The notes beneath the pieces are model-generated. The model did not search any database. It had not been told where the DNA came from and was given only the letters and a program-made list of their open reading frames with translations. A stretch of 63,424 nt of DNA, counting the filler, from Choristocarpus tenellus KU-1152 (lineage: Eukaryota > Protista > Phaeophyceae), in the NCBI GenBank assembly GCA_964200185.2. It is 12 parts of 12 records of this genome, joined end to end, with 100 filler letters (N's around TTAATTAATTAA, not from the genome) between each part and the next. Parts side by side here need not be neighbours in the genome. Positions count along the whole stretch, not along the records: positions 37,836 to 41,150 come from CAXNAD020020861.1; positions 41,251 to 45,077 come from CAXNAD020017706.1; positions 45,178 to 47,964 come from CAXNAD020024764.1; positions 48,065 to 52,849 come from CAXNAD020013071.1; 8 more parts are not named here. The stretch is one strand, 5' to 3'. Made by a program: the position numbers and the translations under genes. How positions within the stretch are numbered: the stretch's first letter is position 1; each line of letters opens with the position of its first letter. Shown one piece after another: positions 37,937 through 50,330 of the stretch.

Positions 37937-38654
37937 GTGGGGTGTGTGGGGGGGGCGTTGGTTCAACGTTGAGTTGTTTCTTGTTCCTCTTCTGTAGGTA
38001 GGTCACACGCACATACTCACGCACTGGTTTAGTTGCTATGTCTGCGAGAGAGGGTATACCTCTGGAGAGTCGGCACTCGGAAGCGATTGGGGGGAGGTCA
38101 CTGTACAGGGAGCTGTGTTTGAATTGATTTCTTAGGAAACGTTATTATTGCGCTTTGCTTGATAAAAAATAAAAATAAAGGTGGTATTTATTGTTCCTTC
38201 CATTAGCGCACCGTTCCGAGCACGTTCTTGTGAGTTGGTGTAACAATCTGTTCGGGCACTATTTTACCAGGTAATCCAAAACACCGTCTTTTTAGTAAGT
38301 GACAGGTGGTTGCATTTGCTAATAACTCGATGTGTGTGTGTGTTTATAATCTCCATTACAATTAATGGGTGCACTCACTAAAAATAATGATGGAAGTATT
38401 GGAGGGATATAGTCGTACTGTAGACAGGGGTGTCAATACGTTGTAGGAAGTTGTGTTCACTTACCAGATTGTATGGAAGGCGTCCTCGGCTCGAAGAACC
38501 TGTTGGTGACCGCCCCCCACCCTGATTTGTCTTGTGAGAGGAGTGTAATAATCGTGAGTATTTTTCAGATTGGTTCTGTAAGTGCTTCGAAAATGGGACC
38601 CTCATCTTTTGTGCACAAAAAAAATACAGGACAGCCGTTGCTGTGAGCAATGCT

Positions 38655-38691
<37 letters not shown>

Positions 38692-38840
38692 GGGGGTGGG
38701 TTGTTGGTGTTGTCAGTCTGTTGTTTGTTGATAAATTTATTTTAAAAAAAGTGCCNNNNNNNNNNTTGTTTTTGTTTTTGATAGTTGTTGTGTTACACCT
38801 GTGGCAAAAACATCAGCCTAAAAAGAAAAAAAAAGAAAAA

Positions 38841-38893
<53 letters not shown>

Positions 38894-39174
38894 AGGGGGG
38901 CTGAGAGTTGGAGTTGATTGGTGCTGACTTCAGTCTGACGTTCGTTGATAAATTTATGTTAAATACAGTGCCATCTAATGAAAAGAGCCAGTGTCCCCAC
39001 CAGGAAGCAATCCTGAGTCTCTTCCACATGTGTATACCCTTGACTTACCCCCCTATCTGCCAAGGCGTCGCTCACACACATATTTTGTTGTATATTTTAC
39101 TTTTTGTGGTAGTAGGGTTTTTTGTTTTTTTTGCTGACCAATGTTTGTTGTGTTTTTTTGCTACCTCTCTGCAG

Positions 39175-41026
39175 ACATCGATGACGTGGCGAAAGAGATA
39201 GTGTACCGGAACTACGTTGACATCTCTGTTGCAGTGTCCTCTCCGAATGGACTGGTTGTTCCTGTTCTTCGAAATGTTGAGGACATGGGTATGTAGTATT
39301 TTGATGTGTGGTGTGTGGCCTTTTTGCTCCTGTATTTTTTTGTGTTTTCTGAGTTTTTTTTAAATCTGGGTTGCCGGCGCTACAAGCAGACCCGATTGCA
39401 TTTCATGAAAGGTCATCGATGGTTCTCCTGAACCAAACAGGCGGTGATGGTGTCCATTTGAAGACTTGTCTCTAATGTACATACCTACATACCATAGGAC
39501 TCATATTCCATCGAGAGGTACAACAGCGATAGGGATATGGGTGAGGAAGTGTTCCTTGTTCCTTCCCTTCAACCCCGCCTTTGCCACTCCACACTATCTC
39601 TCTCCTGTTGCTTTCCACATGCCCACGCCCTCGCTGATTCCCAATTTATTTTATTTTTCTACCTTCCGAAAATGCTCTTCGGTGGGGGGTTTTGGGGGGG
39701 GGGGGAACAGGGTTTGCTGATGTGGAGAAGGCAATTGCAGAGTATGGCAGGAAAGCTAAGGAGGGCTCCCTGGCCCTTGAAGATATGGCTGGTGGGACTT
39801 TTACTATTTCCAATGGAGGTGTTTTTGGGTCCCTCATGGGCACCCCCATCATCAACCCCCCCCAATCTGCCATCCTGGGGATGCACACCACCAAGATGCG
39901 AGCTGTTGTAGTGGATGTGAGAGCCAACCCTAGTGGAGTGAACCTCAACACGTCAACCGGGGGAATTGTGTGTAAGAGGTGTAACTAAAGGGCTGGAAGA
40001 AAATCTATTTGTAAATTGAATTTGTTTATTGTTTATTGTTTATTGTCACCTGTAAAAGAAACTTGTGCTTGTTGTTGCTTGTAAAGTACTGTTTCTCTTT
40101 TCCCTTCGGCTGGTAAACTCCAATGACCGGAAGGTCTCTCACCCCAGCTTTCAAATTTTTGTCCTTCTCTTTTGTGATTTATCTTTATTTTGCACAGTAG
40201 TAGGGAGGAAGCCTTTTGTCACACCATTTTCGGTTGTTTCTGCCCCTTAGCCTGCTCAGTGGTTTTAAGCAGATTTTGTTCAGTGAGGGGTACAGTATGG
40301 CTAGGGAAAACGTGTCGGCAGTATGTCCAGCATTACTCTTAACGACTTTTGGAAAATGTGTGATGTCATATACTGCTCTGCCAGTTGCCGTACTGATCTC
40401 GTTTCCGAATCAGCACAAACTGAGAAAATTTACAGATTGCTTGACGGCCCTGGCCTGCTTGAAAAAAATGAAAGTCCCTGTTGTTGAAAATACTGTTGTT
40501 GTTGGGTGTGAAACGAATCGTGAAGTGATGGTTTCGAAACTTCCACATCGAGCAAGAGATTTGCAGTCTTGCTTATCGCCTGAATTCGGCCTTAGAAATA
40601 GGGAGCACGGAGGAAAGTAGACGCTTTTTGTGTGTTTGGTACATGTGCAGCGTGCATGGACATGGGCATGGGAGGCGTTCTGTTTCAGGTTTTTGTTCCA
40701 GCGATGGCGTTTGATTGTGCCAGGCACACTCCCTCTCGACTGTCAGTCACACTTGGTTGCACTTTGTGATGATCACAGATGCTCTTGTCGTTAGCCTAGA
40801 AAAATCAATCTTGTTCCAGTGAAGTCTACCCCTCCCCATTCGCACATTGCCACGATTGCCACGATTGCCACGATTGCCTCTACAGGGACAGGTCGTGGCC
40901 CGCCCCATGATGTACTTGGCGCTGACCTATGACCATCGCCTAATAGATGGTAGGGAGGCGGTGACCTTCCTAAAGTCGGTCACAGAAAAGGTGGAGGACC
41001 CACATCGACTTTTGCTTGATCTTTAG
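39175..41026 (+). CDS. DLST: Dihydrolipoamide succinyltransferase (2-oxoglutarate dehydrogenase E2), last three exons (39175-39288, 39711-39916, 40886-41026)
   Basis: [77 protein letters not shown] (catalytic DHRxxDG), stop TAG at 41024-41026. Confidence 0.96.
40846..40878 (+). repeat. 9-bp tandem repeat ATTGCCACG x~3.7 before a DLST acceptor
   Basis: Read directly. Confidence 0.85.
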
Positions 41027-41287
41027 GAACTGAAGGGAGGGCTATAACGGGGGGGGGGGGGGGGGGGGGGGCGGTTGTCTTGGACAGCGCTGTTTTCTTT
41101 TTTTTTATATTTTTTATGAAATTAGAGACGAGGTGTTTTAATTACCATTTNNNNNNNNNNNNNNNNNNNNNNNNNNNNNNNNNNNNNNNNNNNNTTAATT
41201 AATTAANNNNNNNNNNNNNNNNNNNNNNNNNNNNNNNNNNNNNNNNNNNNTGGTTGTGCCCAACATAGCACAAAGCATATTTTGACT

Positions 41288-41474
41288 GTCTCGAAGAATC
41301 TGGGGGGGGGGGGGGGGTGGCTGTCTGTTTGTAGTCAATTTTTTGATGTCACAATTCTTGGGTGATTTGGTTGCATACATCGGATGGATAATATAAGTCC
41401 ACTTTTCCTGCTTTTGGTCCAAATGGAGACCCTAGTGCAGATTCCCCCCCCCCTCCCCCAAGATACTTTGGGTC
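41288..41474. mobile_element. MITE family 2, complete copy, TSD ACT
   Basis: ACT|GTCTCGAAGAATCTG(n)...AGATACTTTGGGTC|ACT. Confidence 0.8.
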
Positions 41475-42615
41475 ACTCAATGCACTCAATGTAATATTTT
41501 CCTTTTTTCAGCTATCATCCATAACCAGGCTACTTCCCTCCAAACAAAACAGTACACCAGTCTTTAACCTTTCAGCAAGAAGATTTCTTAGAAGCAACCA
41601 CCTTGTGGCGCTAAAACACACTACAATATCTCACCCTCCCGGGCGCCATGGAAGTAGTTGGAGCGGTATTGCCACCAAAAAGTCTAAATGGACTGTTTCG
41701 CTGCTTCCGCTTACCGCCAGGATTGTGCCAACAAAAGGACATTGAATGGGGGGGGGGAAACAAATGACGCGCAGTGAAAGGTGGTGACAGGTAAGGTCGA
41801 AGGCATGGCGCTGACTTACAAATATATCATTTGAAAGCTGGGTGCAGATGTAAGGGCAATGGTGATGTTATGGGCCGCAGGTATATGGATGGTTTGGGAG
41901 TGGGAACGTTACTTGGGACCGGTGAATGATGTAGGTTGACTCTTTTTTTTTCTAGTTGCAAAGAAAAAATAATTCTATTAAGATTTGTACTTCTAGCCTG
42001 GGAAATGTAGGGAAGAAGAGTTCAGAGCAAAAGAATGTAGTGTCTACAGCACACAAAGGTACTGCTTATTATTGCAAAATTTTATTGCTTGCGACTTGAA
42101 GGCAACTGATTGGAACCTTAGACACTTTTAAGCAATGTACTCTGAACAATACTATGATGAGGAAACAGTGATGCAAGCAGCACATCTGAAGGGCGTCCAC
42201 CTGAAAATTGATCAGCACAACCTGGCTGAGAACATACTCTGAGAGGGTGCTTTTCTCAAATGGAATCCAAAATAATATGGACATGTCTGGTGAAAGTCGT
42301 GCAGGAGGCTCTCTGTCAAAGGTTAACGAGAACATCCAAGTAACTGTCCTCTTCTATCTCTTGGTCTATTTAGAATCCACTTGACTCTTTCTGCCTTTTG
42401 TGGAAGACTAGATACCTCATAGAAAACGATGTTAACTTGCCCAAACCCACTTCAACACCACCCACTTCAATGCAAAGTAGCACTTTCTCATACTCTGGCA
42501 TTCCTTCCCTTTCATTGTAATCGAATAATGTATTCATTATACCCCCCACCCGTCCATCTTGTTACTTGATCTCGATCTAGAGTGCAGCATCATCCCTTAC
42601 TCTGTACTTTACTCA

Positions 42616-42792
42616 GGCTCAAAGTATCTGGGGGGGGGCGGTGGCTGTCCATTTGGGGTCAATTTTTTCAAGTCGCGATTTTGTTTGATTTGGTTGCATA
42701 CGTCAGATGGATAAATGCACTTTCCTGATTTCAAACCAAATGGACACCCTGGTGTAGACCCCCCCCCCACCCCCCCCTAGGTACTTTGGGTC
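42616..42792. mobile_element. MITE family 2, complete copy, TSD TCA
   Basis: TCA|GGCTCAAAGTATCTGGG...TACTTTGGGTC|TCA. Confidence 0.85.
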
Positions 42793-43069
42793 TCAGCTCA
42801 ACTTACCAACTTATTTAGGAGGTCATTCGAGGAAGCAGTGTCATACAGAAGCCCGAGCCTTTGGGCGGCAGCTGCACAATGAGAGGGGAGGCCCATGGCA
42901 GCAGCGCTGCAGCGGCGTCGAATCACACGATTCTTGTAGAGGGGGGAGCGGTTTATGACCTAGAAAACGTCCACAGGGTCGTGGGGCAAGATATTGTCGG
43001 GGTGTAGGACTTAGGGGCATGTTTAGGGTTAGGGTCTGGTTGAGCAATGTCAAGAATAGCAACACAAAC

Positions 43070-43332
43070 GAGTGAAATTATCTTAGGGTTAGGGTACGAG
43101 TTTTGCCCTGTTTGTCCATCTGGGGCTTGGCTCCCCACGGGTTTTTAATGACATTTTTCCCTACTCCAAAATGTTTCGGAGTAGGTAAAATGTATACATT
43201 ATGAAAGGTGTGTCCGGAACAAGGATATTCACATCTCCTAACAAACATGAAAGCCAAAATTACATCAAAATTACGACATCGGATTTTGGTCCCCTTATGG
43301 ACGCGTCTCTACCATCTAAGATACTTTGACTC
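43070..43332. mobile_element. MITE family 1, complete copy, TSD AAC, (TTAGGG)2 in left TIR
   Basis: AAC|GAGTGAAATTATCTTAGGGTTAGGGTACGAG...AAGATACTTTGACTC|AAC. Confidence 0.9.
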
Positions 43333-44406
43333 AACATGGAATAGTGAGATCGTACTAGGAGATTTTGTACGGGAAAAACAATACATCATGCTCTTGTCTC
43401 CTCAATGCAATACGTAATACCAGGTGTAAAAATTAATTTTATCTGTGTCCCCTAGCCCCATCAATCTTGTTCATCTCATAACTAATTATTATTCTTGTTC
43501 ATGTTATTATTGTGCATTCTAATTTCATCTTATCGGGCAGAAAATGGTAGGGATGGGGCGCTCTGTGTACTTCACCTTGTATGAACCGTGGCAAAAATTA
43601 GGCATTGAGTGTGCGGATATGGAAGGGTAGAGGTGTGAGGAAAGGGAGAAGTATGTCTGGGAGGGCGGCATGATGAGAGACAAGGGCATATGCTGATGAA
43701 AAACTGTTGGGAGACAGGGTATTCAGATTGCATTCTTGCATTCACTGGGCGCTAGGTAGGTGTACCTGAATAGTGTCATTGTCCACCAATATGCAGCCTG
43801 CCATGGCTGCGTTTCCTTGGTTGTGATCCTGAGAGGTTGAGAACACTGTAAACACCCTGGCACCCTTAGACAAAGACACACCCTCTGCGTGTGCCTCATG
43901 GGCCCTAAATGGTTGATCAAGAAATACAAGTGTGCAATATTGGTGGGATTGTGGTGGGCTCGTATTTTTGGCAGTGGTTTTTGTTGGTCACACTGTTGGC
44001 TATTGGGGTAGATAATGCATTGCCATTCTCTACTGCAGATTAAGGTTCGAGTTAGTGAGCTACAATGACTTGTGTACTACTCTGAAAGGCATGCATGTAT
44101 GTTGTTTATGCGGTTCGTCTCAATGAAAGATTGACTGTTTGAATGTTCTCAATGTAAAGTGATGGGCACTTGTGCTCGAGAGGGCAACCAATTGGGATGT
44201 GAGAGGAGGTGAAACAGGAGGAGGAAGTCTGGACGCACAAAATACATAAATTGGTACATGTCTAAGCAAAGGTATAACATAATTATTAAAAATAAAAAGA
44301 GCAATGTTTTGAATATTAATTCTGGGGGTGTAGGTGATGTGCAGGACGAATGAATTCCACCAGTTTAATGTGGGAGGTAGTTTGTGCTATTGATGTGAAT
44401 GTTGAT

Positions 44407-44670
44407 GAGTGAAAGTATCTTAGAGGGTACGAGTTTTGCCCTGTTTGTCCATTTGGGGCTTTGCTTCCCATGGGTCGTATAATGACATTTTTCCTACTCC
44501 AAAATATTTAGGAGTAGGTAAAATGTATACATAATGAAAAGGTGTATCCAGAACATGGACATTGACAGTTCCTAACAAACACGATAGCAATAATTACATC
44601 AAAATCGCAACATTGGATTTTGGCTTTCAAATGTACGAGGATCTACCCTAACCCTAAGATACTTTGACTC
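44407..44670. mobile_element. MITE family 1, complete copy, TSD GAT, (CCCTAA)2 in right TIR
   Basis: GAT|GAGTGAAAGTATCTTAGAGGGTAC...TACCCTAACCCTAAGATACTTTGACTC|GAT. Confidence 0.9.
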
Positions 44671-45177
44671 GATTGCACCATGCACTCAACCCCCACAACG
44701 TGATTTTTTCCATTTTTTTAACAGCCTTTTTCTCAGCATGGCTCAAGGCCGATGAATTAATATATATTTTTGGGTCACCCACTAAGGAACCCAGTGGTGA
44801 TGGTCCAACTGTCCGCAACAAAATTATTTGTCATGCTTGACCACTTCCGGCACTCCCAACCCCGGAAGTATGACAAAATGAGGTATCATTGTATCCAATG
44901 TATTTCAAAAACAAAGAATCTAACACAGGGACAGGAAGAGAACTCGGAGGATGTTAAAGACACACGTTGACTCAAAAAGTGTGGAGCTAAGAGAACTGTT
45001 GCAACACGACCTGATTAGACCTGGGTCAAAGACCACATTTATTGCCTCGATTCCTTCTATGGAGAGCTACGTTGCACNNNNNNNNNNNNNNNNNNNNNNN
45101 NNNNNNNNNNNNNNNNNNNNNTTAATTAATTAANNNNNNNNNNNNNNNNNNNNNNNNNNNNNNNNNNNNNNNNNNNN

Positions 45178-45447
45178 AAAAGCACTGGATTTTTTGGGGG
45201 GGGGGGGGTTCGGTGTCCGTTTTTCACCATTTTTTCGATTCTCACTTTTTTGGTGTGATTTGGTCGCACGTGTCGGATTTGAAATGTCAGCAAAAAAAAG
45301 TTGTTTGACCAAAACGGACGCCCCCCCTCACAAACCACCCCCTCCCCCTCAGATACTTTGACCCTAAAGGGCATAATAACCCATGGGAAGCCAAGCCCCA
45401 AACGGACAAACAGGGCAAAACTCCTACCCTCTAAAATGCTTTGGACC
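45178..45447. mobile_element. Partial family-2-like MITE (to 45364) followed by a family 1 end fragment (45380-45447)
   Basis: ...CTCAGATACTTTGACCC, then CCATGGGAAGCCAAGCCCCAAACGGACAAACAGGGCAAAACTCCTACCCTCTAA. Confidence 0.7.
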
Positions 45448-45618
45448 TATCTAAGTTTTTGTTTTCAGCCTTATGCCTGTTGTAAACACATTCTGCACAC
45501 ACAACAGGCTGTAAGCCCTGTGATCTATGGATTGATTTCAAAGCATTGCAAATTTTCCATGAACTCCATTCATTGATCCAAAGTGAGAGTACGTGAATGA
45601 ATCTCAAACACAACACCT

Positions 45619-45877
45619 GAGCGAAAGTATCTTAGAGGGTACGAGTTTTGCCCTGTTTGTCCAATTGAGGTTTGGCTTCCCACGGGTTTCTTATGACATC
45701 TTAATTACTCCGAAATGTTCTGGAGTGGGTAAAATGTATACGTTATGAAAATGGGTGTCCAGAACAAGGATATTGACACTTTCCAACAAACATGATAGCC
45801 AAAATTACATCAAAACACACAACATTGGATTTTGGCCCCAAATATACGCGGCTATACCCTCTAAGATACTTTGACTC
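45619..45877. mobile_element. MITE family 1, complete copy, TSD ACCT/AACT
   Basis: GAGCGAAAGTATCTTAGAGGGTAC...TACCCTCTAAGATACTTTGACTC. Confidence 0.9.
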
Positions 45878-45899
45878 AACTACCCAGTTTATGCTTGAG

Positions 45900-47500
45900 A
45901 ATGATCAATCATCGAGCAATTCCTTCCATTGTTGAATAATTTTATTATCGCAAAATAATGGGTTACATGGAACAGCAGAAGGCGCCTCATGTGAGATGGG
46001 TAGGAAGGAGACTTGCGGTATGTTTGGGGGAAATTGCGAACCTTAGTATATTCACAACTATTTCCACACACCATTCACACTCACTGCTACTCAACGGTCA
46101 CAGCAGCTGCACGACACAAAAAACGTCATGGTTACCCATATGGTAAGCTTTGCTGACATGTATGGACTCTGGCACCCTATCCCCCTCGCTGCCATTCTGC
46201 CCTTTATCTCCAGAACAACAGTGATGCAGAAGGGTGCAAAGAATATGCCAAGGCGCAGAAGAGCACTCTCAATGAAAGCAACAACTATTTTGTTGATCAT
46301 AGCCCTTCTGATAAATGCCCATCCCCCCTTAATGGTCACTGGGATAGTGGGGTTTCATGGTCAACAGCGTCAAGCCAAGACAATCAGCACAACATATATC
46401 CCCAAACTTGTACCCAGCAATATGTTGACTGGTTGGAGGGAAATGTACCTCAGTCCAGCATTGGGAATGTGAGTTTACGGCTGGCCCTCTCTGGGGAAGG
46501 GGTCAAAGAGGAGGAGCAGAGGATGGACAGGGTGCCACCCAAAATTGTAGGTAGTAGTGATGTGAGTAGGGGGAGGGTATCACAGGAAACACTTGGAAAT
46601 GAAATGGGCACAGAAGACTCTGTCGTGGGAGAGGAAGGTGTGAGAGAGTATCAAAAAGAGAGGGTAGGTGTAGTGGGGGGTGGTGTTAAGGAACATATTG
46701 CATCAAAGGAAACATTAGGGTGCCAACAAACTGGGACGGGCATGGGGGGGGATACACATCATGTTCAATGCAGGAGAGCACATCGAACTATTCATCGTCT
46801 GCGTCTCTGGATACGTTGGGCATCATTGGGAGACTTGGTGAGAGGGCTGACTGCAAGAGGAAATGGTGAAGCATCGCTAAAGGCCATGCCAGCAACTAAT
46901 GTGGACAGGAGGAAGAGTGGAATCAAGGAAATGGAGTCTTCCCTATCACCTGTCTCTCCTGGGACTCCTCCACCAGAGCTTGTTTGTAGGGTGATGTGGT
47001 GTGGTAATCATGTCGCCAATGTACAGCTTTCTCCACACACTGGGCTTCCTATTACAGCTGGGGAATGCCTGCTGTTGCAGCCAAGTGGACTGCGATGGGA
47101 ACTCTGCAGCCTTGCCATTGAGGTGTTTGCTGTAGCAAGTTCTCAATACCCCATGAACAACACTTCCACGGCAACTTCTACCACAAACATTGCTGAAATT
47201 GGTGGTGACAGACCGCTGCAAGCAACTACTCTACTCGGGGTTGTTATAGTTCGTGGGAAGGTAAGGTGGGGGGTAAACAATCTATTGTAGCTCAATCCTT
47301 GTACGGAGATGGAACAGGAACTAACTTTATATTAACTTGCATAGAATCTAGGAATGTGGAATGTGGACCAATGTGTGCCATCCCCAAAGCAAAAAATTCA
47401 GAAGGACAGGGGGAAGAGGGGATACTTGTGATAAAGGTTGGTGTTAAAAGCATTAAAATTGGAGAAAATTTGTTTGGGATACTTGTGGATAAAATTTCTT
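45900..47500 (-). mobile_element. Possible decayed LINE-type retrotransposon remnant
   Basis: Weak RT echoes on the minus strand (GIYQKGYD resembling D..KAYD); many stops. Confidence 0.3.
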
Positions 47501-47506
47501 GATCTT

Positions 47507-47763
47507 GAGTGAAAGTATCTTAGAGGGTACGAATTTTGCTCTGTTTGTCCATTTGGGGCTTGGCTTCCCTCGGGGTTTTTATGACATTTTCTTACTCCAG
47601 AATAATTCTGAGTAGGTAAAATGTATACGTTATGAAAGCTGTCTCTGGAACAAGGATATTGACACTTCCTAATAAACACGATAGCCAAAATTACATCGAA
47701 ATCGCAACATTGGAGTCTAGTCCCCAAATGGACACGGCTCTACCCTCTAAGATACGTTTGCTC
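47507..47763. mobile_element. MITE family 1, complete copy, perfect TSD TCTT
   Basis: TCTT|GAGTGAAAGTATC...AAGATACGTTTGCTC|TCTT. Confidence 0.9.
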
Positions 47764-47800
47764 TCTTTCTATCTATATTGCAGATCATGGCCAAGAGAAA

Positions 47801-47964
47801 GAGTGCAAGTATCTTAGAGGGTGCGAGTTTTGTCCTGTTGTCCACTTGGGGCTTGGCTTCCCACAGGCGTTTTATGACATTTTTCTATTCCGATATGTTT
47901 CGGAGTAGGTAAAATTTATACGTTATGAAAGGTGTGTGCCGAACAAGGATATTGACACTTCCTA
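47801..47964. mobile_element. MITE family 1, cut by contig end
   Basis: GAGTGCAAGTATCTTAGAGGGTGCGAG plus body; starts 37 bp after the previous copy. Confidence 0.88.
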
Positions 47965-48064
47965 NNNNNNNNNNNNNNNNNNNNNNNNNNNNNNNNNNNN
48001 NNNNNNNNTTAATTAATTAANNNNNNNNNNNNNNNNNNNNNNNNNNNNNNNNNNNNNNNNNNNN

Positions 48065-48157
48065 GGGGCGACTGGGTTCTACTCCCCACCCAAAAAAAAA
48101 AAAAAACCCCAAAAGAGGGGCCCCCCCCCCCCCCCCCCCCCCCAGATACTTTGAGCC
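48065..48157. mobile_element. MITE family 2 end at contig start
   Basis: poly-C + CAGATACTTTGAGCC. Confidence 0.7.
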
Positions 48158-50330
48158 GGAATTATAATTAATAATAGGAGGGTATGGTACTACAAAACGT
48201 GAATAAAACATGAGCCAAACAATAGAGAGGTAGGCCGGGGTGGACCCTTTCGCATTTGCCATTTTTTCTTACCCTGTGCAATGTGCTCTAATTCACTGCT
48301 CTATGTGTCCAATAGAGTACGCAATATTGATATTCCCTTTCCACAAAGTGTCACCAAAATTAAGCAAAGCCTCTTCTCCAATTAATGGTAGAAAATAGCG
48401 TGTTTTTGCCCTTTCTCAGGATCATGCAACCCTACCTACCTCTCAATTGATTTGATTCACATACCAAATAACATTTGCGGTAGAGTGTATACATTATATT
48501 ACCTGTACCTAACATGTCCCATTAGTATATACACGCTACATAGTGCATTTTTTAAGTTAATATATTATGTTATACTTAAGCACACCGTGTACTAATTGGT
48601 GGTATTATTTTATGTGTGTCATGGCCAAATATTATCGGTATATATATTCCATTCCCCAACCCTCAAATCAATGCACACTAAATCAAATCAGGAGAAAGGG
48701 AGCGATGAAGATGGGCGGTGCTTGAAGTATTTGCATCACCGCCTCTCTCACACAACCCCATTAAACAAAGATGTCAGGTGTCCGCTCTTGATGGGCAAGG
48801 AGCTTGTCGGCTTGGCGTGGAGACAACGCAATTTGCTGGGTCTTGTCCGCGGGAACCCCTTTATACATATTAGGTGTGGAACCCCATATATATTCATGTG
48901 ATGTACTATTACTCACAAATAGTATAGTACTCCACAGTACATGAATACATGGTACAGGCAAAGGATGTCCACTCTACACAAATACGCACATATCAGGGTC
49001 AAGATTAAGAGGTAACCAGAAACCTGTATGGCTTGAGGCCAGGAGGTACCAACCAATGTATGGCTTGTTTCTCCTTCAGGATTTGCATGGATTGAAGTGG
49101 CTGTGTATCTCAACAAAACCCGATTGGTACTGTAATATAGAGAGTTACTTGAATCTCCATCAAGCTGCAGTGGAGAAGTGGCGGAGTATTGGGGTCAACA
49201 GTGAACACTAAAGTCACTACCAATGCGCACATCAAAGCAAGAGAATGCTCGAGTTTCAATTGAATTTCTGGGTATAAAAAAAGAACGATGAGAGACGAGT
49301 TTGTGCTCAAATTGTGGGTTATGGCGCTGGGCAATCTAACTATGTCCATGACCATTTTTTAGTGAAGTTCTTTTTTGGTGCTGTGAACAAAGACCCTAGG
49401 TGGATAGCGGAACATCCTACCCAGTTGGTAGAGCTAGCTACCCTGCTAGAGTTGACTATAATAGCACAATGAAGGCCAGGTACAAAAGATGGAAGAACTT
49501 CATTGGTGGATGGTGATACTCTTTCTTCTACCACTTTTATGTGGTGTATCCATGATCAAATGTCGATACTACAATATTCTGATATCAGTGTAATATATCA
49601 ATAAAACGGTATTCCTGTCAAGGGCGACAACAGACAACCCCAACATGTTGCTAAGGAACAAGGAAGGTAAAAAAAACTTGACATGATAAATATACATCAA
49701 ATTAAATAGTTGGAATCAGTGAGTGATGAGGTGACGATGATAATTAAAATTCAGACACTTCAATCAAATCAATTGATAAGTCAACTCTTTTGTATTGTGA
49801 GAGACTTTCACATCTGAATTTATTCCTCGTTTGACAGTTACAATATAAGGTCAAAGTAATTTACAATTATGAGTACGTAAAAATATTATTTGTATAAAGA
49901 CAGTATTTCAAAATACAAAGATAATACGTACGTAGTACTTGACAACAAATAAAGTTGATACTGGGCTCGTAATTCCAATCTCACAACCCTACGATACTTT
50001 TCGGTCCCTCTCCTGTCATTCCCACCACGCCAGAACGTCGTGCAGACCAATCTCCGCCTCGGTTCGTTGTTGATAGCTTTAGTATTTCCAATGATGATGT
50101 TGAGAGATCCCAAATATGACCAGGTGTGTATGTCTTGTCTGGGTAATTCGTCTTCTCTCGGTTGCCCATGAAGTACCAACTCTACTTCTGCGACCCCTTA
50201 TCTCGTCCCAACATTCATGTATATGCCACTTATCTGTGGCCTCGCATCACATACATCATGTTTTCGAAATAAGGTGCACTATAGAATGATATGCTGACTT
50301 GGCAACCTCGGACTAACTCACCTTCTGCAG

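Noticed and set aside
38656-38972. Apparent tandem duplication around the 10-N gap at 38756
   Set aside because: The first copy is a noisy version of the second directly after poly-G, typical of degraded reads and overlapping contig ends
37784-39029. Poly-Pro and poly-Gly ORFs (also 60420-60752)
   Set aside because: Translations of poly-G homopolymers at low-quality contig ends
46433-47290. Longest ORF in the track (285 aa, plus strand) as a gene
   Set aside because: No recognisable motif; purine-rich composition is consistent with the antisense strand of a decayed retroelement
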